Shown here piece by piece: positions 34,370-40,000 of a stretch of 40,000 nt of DNA. The DNA is from Salinarchaeum sp. Harcht-Bsk1. Lineage in GTDB: Archaea; Halobacteriota; Halobacteria; Halobacteriales; Salinarchaeaceae. Under the pieces are notes generated by a model. The model made no database searches, was not told the origin of the DNA, and worked only from the letters and a program-made list of their open reading frames with translations. The DNA is taken from assembly GCF_000403645.1 (NCBI RefSeq), contig NC_021313.1:1281014-1321013 (forward strand), given 5' to 3'. Made by a program: the position numbers and the translations under genes. Each line of letters begins with the position of its first letter. Position 1 is the stretch's first letter.

Positions 34370-37300
34370 ATGCAATATAGCGACGATACAACGAACCCTG
34401 ACCGTATCCCGGACGAGGTCCGTCCTTTAGTCCGCGGGATGTTGTTCAATCGCCAGCTGCTCGGCACTGATCACGACGGCGCTCCTGTGACCGATGCTGT
34501 CAAATACACGAGCGAAGCGCAGAAACGGCGGTTGGCCACCCCATATGACGGCGATGACCCGTTCGTCGACGAGATTATCGATATTTTTGGCTTCAACCCG
34601 CTCGATTTTCAGGTCGACAGCTGGCAGCTGATCAACGACTTCCATCAGCAACGACACGACACTGGGGAGCCACATGCCGCCATCCTATCGGCTCCGACCG
34701 GGTTTGGGAAGACAGAAGCATTTCTCGGCCCGCTGTACCAACAGCTGCGGAACGGTGAGCAGGACACCACGGTCATTGTCTATCCACGCCGGGCACTCCT
34801 CCAAGACCAGCTCGGCCGCATCCTGCAGCACATCCACTCCATGCGTCCCGCCGGCGAGCAGGCACCGCTCTCCGTTGGTGTCTACATGGGTGGTATGCCC
34901 TACAACGTGGAGGACGTCCGCGATGACTATTTCGAATCCGAGAACGGACGGGAGACGTTCCAATTAGCGCACTGCTGGTGCGGCGATGAAACAACGACAA
35001 ACGCGTTCACCTATGACGGGAGTTCGAACTCCTACACCATTCGCTGTGAAGCGGACGATACCCACAGTTTCACCAACAACGAACTCGTCTTAAGCCGCCA
35101 GCAGATTAAGGATGGGGAAACCCCGGACATCCTGTTAACCACGTTGGAAGCGCTGGAACTCTTTGCGCTCAAACCCAACTACGACATCGTCGACGACGTT
35201 GACACGTTCGTCCTGGACGAGGTCCACCTGTACACCCGGCTTCGTGGCGCGCACGCAGCGAAGATCATTGGTAACATTAACGACATCACGGAACAGCCCC
35301 TGCTCTGGATCGGGGCGAGCGCCACCATCGATAACGCCGACCGGTTCATCCGGAAACTCTTCGACTTCCCCTCCGGCCGTTTAGCGACGGTCGACGTTCC
35401 TGAGTCCGACCTCAAACAGGACCACGACGACCAGGAGCACTACTACTTCCTGTTATCACCGGAGGATGGGCCGGGTGCCTCCTCCATGATGATCCAGCAA
35501 CTGTTGTTGATCGGGCACGGCCTCCTTCGCGACACCGACGGCAACGAGGGCAAAGCCCTGTCCTTCATCGACAGCATCAGTCAGGTCAATCAGAAGAACG
35601 ACCAGCTCGACGACGCCGAACGCGGCGACGGCCAAGGCGAGCCACCCTTGTGGCACCACCATACCGATCGGTCGCCGCGCGGCCAGCAACCGGCTAATCC
35701 GGAAGCCGATTGGGCCGACATCGCCGACGCCATGGGCTACGACTTCATCGAGGATCGCGCCCTCGACTTCCTCCCCGTCTACTCCCAAATCGGGTTCGAC
35801 GCGGAGGACGCCGCTGACAGCGATATCTTCCTATCAACCTCGTTCCTCGAAGTCGGTATCGACATCGGGGAGATCAAGCACGTCACCCAGTACCGGACCC
35901 CGCAGAACCTGTCCTCCTTCGTCCAGCGGACCGGCCGCGCCGCCCGGGAAGAAGGCATGGACGCCCACATCTTCGTCTTCCTCTCCAATCTGACGAACGA
36001 TGCCAACATGTTCTACCGGGCGGACCGCTTCCTCAGCTCCGAACTCCGCACCCCCCTCAAACCAGACAACGACGTTATCGAGTGGATCCATACTACCCTC
36101 AACACCTACTACACTCGAGCCAGCGACATCGATGATCGTCGTATCCGCCGCGGTGAAGAAGCAACTTTCCTTGAGGAATTCCTCACCCAGGACAAGCAAT
36201 ACCAGGAGTTCTACCAGTTGCTGCTCAATCCCAGCGACTTCCTCCTCGCTGAATTCGGCATCGACGAAACCGTCGAACCCCTTACCACGGAGGCAGGAAT
36301 CGAAACCTTCCGTGACATTATCAACCGACGGGAAGCCGAGCTGGAAGAGGAGTTCGCGGAGGTCGAAGACCTGATCAATATCGACAGCGGTGACATCACC
36401 CGCAGCGATAATGCATTCGAACAGTACGTCGACGAAGTCAGGCAACGCACCCTCGAAGTCATCAGCCACTACGTCGAGATTGTCGATCAGTACCAAGACC
36501 ACGTCGACGGTGGCGATGCCCCTGACCTCGTTGACGACCTGAACGAGCTCTACGACGAATTCGAGGAGCTACGCGAGGAGGCCCGTGACGGCTACCGCGG
36601 TGCTGAGACCGAACGCGTCGAACAGTATGAACAGCTCTTCGGCAGGATCATCTCCGCAGTCGGCGACCTCACGGGGCTTCGCGCACAGGTCAACATCCAC
36701 ATCGATGACCGGCCCGAGGATGTCTCCCTTGACCGGATCACTGATCTCAGTGACGCCGTCGAGATCCTAGGTTCAATCGCCGGTGACGGCCGACTCGAGG
36801 AGAACATCGACGAACGCTACCAGATCAACTACCTACGCCGCGTCCTCGACCAACTCGGAGAGTACCGCGATCTTGAACGAGACCCTGACAACCGGGTGAA
36901 CCGGCCGCATATGAGCCTCCACTACGTGAAGCATTTGCTCCGTGCGGCCTATTACCTCCACCGCTACCTCCAGGTCACCGACCGAACCTACAGTGACGAA
37001 ATTTGGTACGTGCCTCCGTCGTACTTCGACAACAGCGGCCAGTTCTTCACCGTTGTTGATCCTGATGGATTCGACGACGAGGAAACCATCGATAGTCTCG
37101 TCCACACTAATGCACCGTACCGCAGTGAATTCCAAAACGAATCCACCAATCTCCACGTCTTCCTCCCTGAGACCGAGGTCGAGAGCTACGGGGAACAGCC
37201 GACGGGCAATGAGGTCCAGTTCGACTTCAGCGACATCCCCGGCGACCAGCGGAACGGGATGCTGGTCCCGGACTCCATCCAGCTCACAGAAATCCCTGAC

Positions 37301-38533
37301 GTCACCGGGCAACGCGCGCTCAACATCGTTGCCTACTGCCCGCAGTGCCTCACCTTGCTTGATGATCAACGGTGCGTCCGGCACAACGAGATTGCGTGGG
37401 GCAAGGTCCATGCCGAACCCCAGGTCCGGACCGTCGCCCGCGACACCGACGTCGAGGCCGCGACCGGCAGCCTCGCGCTCGCCGGACTCCGCGGCCAAGT
37501 CACCCTGGATGGAGTCTCTCTCGACATCACACCGGCCCGGCCGATGGGTGACATGGGCATCCAGTTCACCGGTGACGACCGCATCCAACGCGAAATCGAC
37601 AGCCCGGACACGCCGCTCGGCTTCGACCTGAAGACCCGCGGCCTAATCTACGATCTCACCGACTTCATCGACTACGTCGAGGACAACGAGGACCTCATCG
37701 CTGACGTCGCCCGGTACAAGAACCTGGACGGGGTCCCGATCGACGAATTAGCGTACCATACAGCCGCTCACTTCTTCCTCCACTTGGTCGCGGACGTCGG
37801 TGGTGTCAACCCGTCCATGCTGTTCTACGGCCTGGATCCCGAGGAAGGGATCGTGTTCATCTTCGAACGGACGGAAGGTGGCCAAGGGATCGTCGACCTC
37901 GTTTATGACGAACTGGAGAACGATCCCGGCACTCTGCTCGAATCACTGGTCCGTATTACCTACAACACGCAGGTCATCAACGAACAACTCTGGGCAAATC
38001 CCGATTTCGTCGAGGACCTACCTGAGCGCGGCGTCGATGAAGACGCTGTCCAACACTGTGTAGACACGCATCTCGACGAGCAGCTTGACATGGTCTTTCC
38101 CGAAATCCGGGACGAAGTGGTGCAGGAGGTGTTGTCGACCTGTGACCGGGCCGCCCAGCTCAGCGACGAGGAAAGCATCCCTCTCCGTGACGCCTACACC
38201 GTGAAGCACACCGTGGCGGATGCCCAGCTGGATGGCGCCGATACGTTCCCTGAGGGACGCGTTGATGCACTCAACGTTGACCTGGATGAGCTGCACCGTA
38301 TCGAATCACTGTTCTTCTCCCCGGATATCGACGGCTGTGTCGAAAACCTGCACACCGGGGAATGCATCTCTGGCCACGATCAAGAGGAAGTCCTGAGCCA
38401 CGTCTTGTTGCAGGAACTCCGCCACCACCTCGTTGACTTCGTGGACACCGACGACGCTGTCGATGAAATGTTTGACCGTGAGCAAGTTCCCGCAGGAGAA
38501 ATCAATGACACGAGCATTTACTTTACCTTCTAA
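34370..38533 (+). CDS. giant SF2 DEVH-type helicase, paralogous architecture to helicase 1, with DUF1998-like C-terminus
   Basis: 1387 aa. LSAPTGFGKTEAF (I), VIVYPRRALLQDQ (Ia), ILLTTLEALE (Ib), FVLDEVHLY (II), IGASATIDN (III), LSTSFLEVGIDIG (V), FVQRTGRAAR (VI). Zn motifs CWCGDE...C...H and CPQC...CVRH. C-terminus FERTEGGQGIV...CVENLHTGECISGH. Confidence 0.85.
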   Translation: MQYSDDTTNPDRIPDEVRPLVRGMLFNRQLLGTDHDGAPVTDAVKYTSEAQKRRLATPYDGDDPFVDEIIDIFGFNPLDFQVDSWQLINDFHQQRHDTGEPHAAILSAPTGFGKTEAFLGPLYQQLRNGEQDTTVIVYPRRALLQDQLGRILQHIHSMRPAGEQAPLSVGVYMGGMPYNVEDVRDDYFESENGRETFQLAHCWCGDETTTNAFTYDGSSNSYTIRCEADDTHSFTNNELVLSRQQIKDGETPDILLTTLEALELFALKPNYDIVDDVDTFVLDEVHLYTRLRGAHAAKIIGNINDITEQPLLWIGASATIDNADRFIRKLFDFPSGRLATVDVPESDLKQDHDDQEHYYFLLSPEDGPGASSMMIQQLLLIGHGLLRDTDGNEGKALSFIDSISQVNQKNDQLDDAERGDGQGEPPLWHHHTDRSPRGQQPANPEADWADIADAMGYDFIEDRALDFLPVYSQIGFDAEDAADSDIFLSTSFLEVGIDIGEIKHVTQYRTPQNLSSFVQRTGRAAREEGMDAHIFVFLSNLTNDANMFYRADRFLSSELRTPLKPDNDVIEWIHTTLNTYYTRASDIDDRRIRRGEEATFLEEFLTQDKQYQEFYQLLLNPSDFLLAEFGIDETVEPLTTEAGIETFRDIINRREAELEEEFAEVEDLINIDSGDITRSDNAFEQYVDEVRQRTLEVISHYVEIVDQYQDHVDGGDAPDLVDDLNELYDEFEELREEARDGYRGAETERVEQYEQLFGRIISAVGDLTGLRAQVNIHIDDRPEDVSLDRITDLSDAVEILGSIAGDGRLEENIDERYQINYLRRVLDQLGEYRDLERDPDNRVNRPHMSLHYVKHLLRAAYYLHRYLQVTDRTYSDEIWYVPPSYFDNSGQFFTVVDPDGFDDEETIDSLVHTNAPYRSEFQNESTNLHVFLPETEVESYGEQPTGNEVQFDFSDIPGDQRNGMLVPDSIQLTEIPDVTGQRALNIVAYCPQCLTLLDDQRCVRHNEIAWGKVHAEPQVRTVARDTDVEAATGSLALAGLRGQVTLDGVSLDITPARPMGDMGIQFTGDDRIQREIDSPDTPLGFDLKTRGLIYDLTDFIDYVEDNEDLIADVARYKNLDGVPIDELAYHTAAHFFLHLVADVGGVNPSMLFYGLDPEEGIVFIFERTEGGQGIVDLVYDELENDPGTLLESLVRITYNTQVINEQLWANPDFVEDLPERGVDEDAVQHCVDTHLDEQLDMVFPEIRDEVVQEVLSTCDRAAQLSDEESIPLRDAYTVKHTVADAQLDGADTFPEGRVDALNVDLDELHRIESLFFSPDIDGCVENLHTGECISGHDQEEVLSHVLLQELRHHLVDFVDTDDAVDEMFDREQVPAGEINDTSIYFTF

Positions 38534-38948
38534 CGAACTCGCCTACTTCATCGGGTACACCCTGATCCACGCCGACAGGGTCGTTCTCGTCTCGCCGTGG
38601 CTGAGCGACGTCGAACTCCGCTTCCCGGTGAACGACCAGACTTCCAGCCGCGAACTCCTGCTCTCCAAAGCCGTCGCCGAACTCACCGACACTGACATCA
38701 CTTTCCTCATCAACGGCAACGAAGACCACAACGACTACATCAAATCCCGTGTCGAACGGAACGCCGAAGTCGTTGACGTCCCCGACCTCCACGCCAAAGC
38801 CGTCATCACTGACGACTGGGTCTACGCCGGCTCCGCCAACATCACCCGCCGCGGCCTCCTCGTTAACCGCGAGCTCTGCAAAATTGTCACCAACACCCAC
38901 CCAGACGCCAATACTTACGTCGAAGAAGAGCTCAGCGTGGACCTATGA
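38505..38948 (+). CDS. PLD-superfamily (single HKD, Nuc-like) nuclease
   Basis: 147 aa from ATG 38505, overlapping the helicase-2 3' end by 29 nt. HKD motif DLHAKAVITDDWVYAGSANITRRG (HxK...D...GSxN). Confidence 0.8.
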   Translation: MTRAFTLPSNELAYFIGYTLIHADRVVLVSPWLSDVELRFPVNDQTSSRELLLSKAVAELTDTDITFLINGNEDHNDYIKSRVERNAEVVDVPDLHAKAVITDDWVYAGSANITRRGLLVNRELCKIVTNTHPDANTYVEEELSVDL

Positions 38949-39025
38949 AAACTGCCATCAATTATCGCAATTACTATTGGAAAAGCTGTATCCACGGGAG
39001 GAAAGTTCAGTTAAAAAAAATAGCC

Positions 39026-39201
39026 AGCCCAAACCCGCTGCTTTTGCCGGCTGCGGTCAATGATGGGCTATGAGCGACGCGGACGGGCCCAAGCAGGTCG
39101 ACGACCCCGACTATCACAACGTCAACCACACGGCAGCGCAGACCTGTGGGTGGACGAAGAACGCACTTACAGGAGATGGAACGTGTTACAAGCACGCCTT
39201 C
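39026..39201 (+). repeat. attR: right imperfect direct repeat (taw1 promoter region plus codons 1-44)
   Basis: Counterpart of 5657..5832; see attL. Confidence 0.8.
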
Positions 39202-40000
39202 TACGGCATCCGCTCGCACCGATGCATCCAGATGACGCCTGTCGTCAAGTGCAACGAGCGCTGCGTCTTCTGCTGGCGCGATCACGCCGGCCACGCCTAC
39301 GAACTCGAGGGCGTCGAGTGGGACGACCCCGAGGCGGTCGTCGACGCCTCGATCGAACTCCAGCGAGAACTCCTCAGCGGCTACAAGGGCAACGACAACG
39401 TGCCCGACGACCGCTTCGAGGAGGCGGTCGAACCCCGCCACGTCGCGATCTCGCTCGACGGCGAGCCGACGCTGTATCCCTACCTCCCCGAACTGATCGA
39501 GGCGTTCCACGACCGCGGCCTCACCACGTTCCTCGTCTCGAACGGCACCCGTCCGGAGGTGCTCGCGGAGTGCGACCCGACGCAGCTCTACGTCTCCGTG
39601 GACGCGCCGGATCGCTGGACCTTCGACCAGACCGTCAAGGCCGTCGAGGACGGCGCCTGGGAGCAGTTGATCGACACGATGGACGTCCTCGCTGAAAAGG
39701 ACGAGACGCGGACGGTCCTCCGGACGACGCTCGTCGACGGCCACAACATGCGCGATCCGGACTGGTACGCCGCCTTCTACCAGCGAGCGGATCCGGACTA
39801 CGTCGAACTCAAGGCCTACATGCACGTCGGGCACTCCCGCGGCCGGCTGGATCGCTCGAACATGCCCGAGCACGAGGACGTGGTGGCGTTCACGGAGGAC
39901 GTGATGGAGCACATGCCCGAGCACGACGTGCTGAAAGACCGACCGCCGTCGCGGGTCACCCTGATCTCCCGCGAGGAGGACACCTGGGTGCCGAAGCTCC
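39070..40000 (+). CDS. taw1: tRNA 4-demethylwyosine synthase (radical SAM, TYW1/Taw1), 3' end outside window
   Basis: Absent from the ORF track (no stop in window). Own translation from ATG 39070: MSDADGPKQVDDPDYHNVNHTAAQTCGWTKNALTGDGTCYKHAFYGIRSHRCIQMTPVVKCNERCVFCWRDH...ISLDGEPTLYPYLPELI...LVSNGTRPE...ELKAYMHVGHSRGRL. It has the N-terminal auxiliary-cluster Cys region and the C-x3-C-x2-C radical-SAM motif typical of archaeal Taw1. Confidence 0.9.
   Translation, partial: MSDADGPKQVDDPDYHNVNHTAAQTCGWTKNALTGDGTCYKHAFYGIRSHRCIQMTPVVKCNERCVFCWRDHAGHAYELEGVEWDDPEAVVDASIELQRELLSGYKGNDNVPDDRFEEAVEPRHVAISLDGEPTLYPYLPELIEAFHDRGLTTFLVSNGTRPEVLAECDPTQLYVSVDAPDRWTFDQTVKAVEDGAWEQLIDTMDVLAEKDETRTVLRTTLVDGHNMRDPDWYAAFYQRADPDYVELKAYMHVGHSRGRLDRSNMPEHEDVVAFTEDVMEHMPEHDVLKDRPPSRVTLISREEDTWVPKL

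Larger units (their letters stand above)
5657..39201. mobile_element. integrated element (about 33.5 kb including both repeats) inserted in the 5' end of taw1: provirus-like module plus defence cargo
   Basis: Flanking 176-bp direct repeats. The tyrosine integrase gene starts 44 bp inside attL. Primase-helicase and terminase genes are present. Codon usage shifts to A/T-ending codons from about 14.25 kb to about 39.0 kb. Ordinary chromosomal genes lie on both sides. Confidence 0.8.

Noticed and set aside
39007-39924. 305-aa minus-strand ORF and 211-aa plus-strand ORF (39060..39695)
   Set aside because: Both are alternative-frame shadows of taw1. The 39070 frame gives a full-length radical-SAM Taw1 match and stays open to the window end. 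The others are Arg-rich with no motifs.
1-40000. Scan for CRISPR arrays, rRNA or tRNA genes, and IS elements or transposases
   Set aside because: I saw no regularly spaced short repeats, no tRNA- or rRNA-like sequence, and no transposase-like ORF or terminal inverted repeats. The only recombinase is the tyrosine integrase at 5876..7177.

Overview
The window looks haloarchaeal: very GC-rich flanks, strongly acidic proteins, and an archaeal tRNA-wyosine gene. The left flank (1-5.6 kb) carries ordinary chromosomal genes: a partial GH2 beta-mannosidase-like gene, a zinc alcohol dehydrogenase, a SAM methyltransferase, a MinD/ParA ATPase, argS and a universal stress protein. From about 5657 to 39201 lies an integrated element of about 33.5 kb. 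It is bounded by 176-bp imperfect direct repeats, each holding the promoter region and first 44 codons of taw1 (4-demethylwyosine synthase). The left copy is a 46-codon stump. The right copy is fused to the rest of taw1, which runs off the window. The element has two parts. Part (i), 5.9-14.2 kb, is a GC-rich provirus-like module: tyrosine integrase, AbrB-like protein, PrimPol/D5-type primase-helicase, HTH protein and large terminase, with no portal, capsid or tail genes. Part (ii), 14.4-38.9 kb, is visibly lower in GC and is the main result. It holds a complete preQ0 operon (queD-queE-folE-queC), an RHH plus GIY-YIG nuclease pair, and an operon encoding a TGT/ArcS-like hybrid, a small CSxxK protein, a DpdA-like transglycosylase and a GHKL ATPase. 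It also holds a six-gene operon led by a 1576-aa SF2 helicase with a DUF1998-like tail (followed by two unknowns, a 997-aa P-loop NTPase, a coiled-coil protein and a membrane protein), and a divergent 1387-aa paralogous helicase followed by a single-HKD PLD nuclease. I read part (ii) as an archaeal 7-deazaguanine DNA modification-restriction system. It resembles the bacterial Dpd island and DISARM (helicase/DUF1998/PLD), but it has no methyltransferase, no recognisable DpdB or DpdC, and an ArcS-type module instead. All assignments rest on motifs read by eye; no database search was possible.
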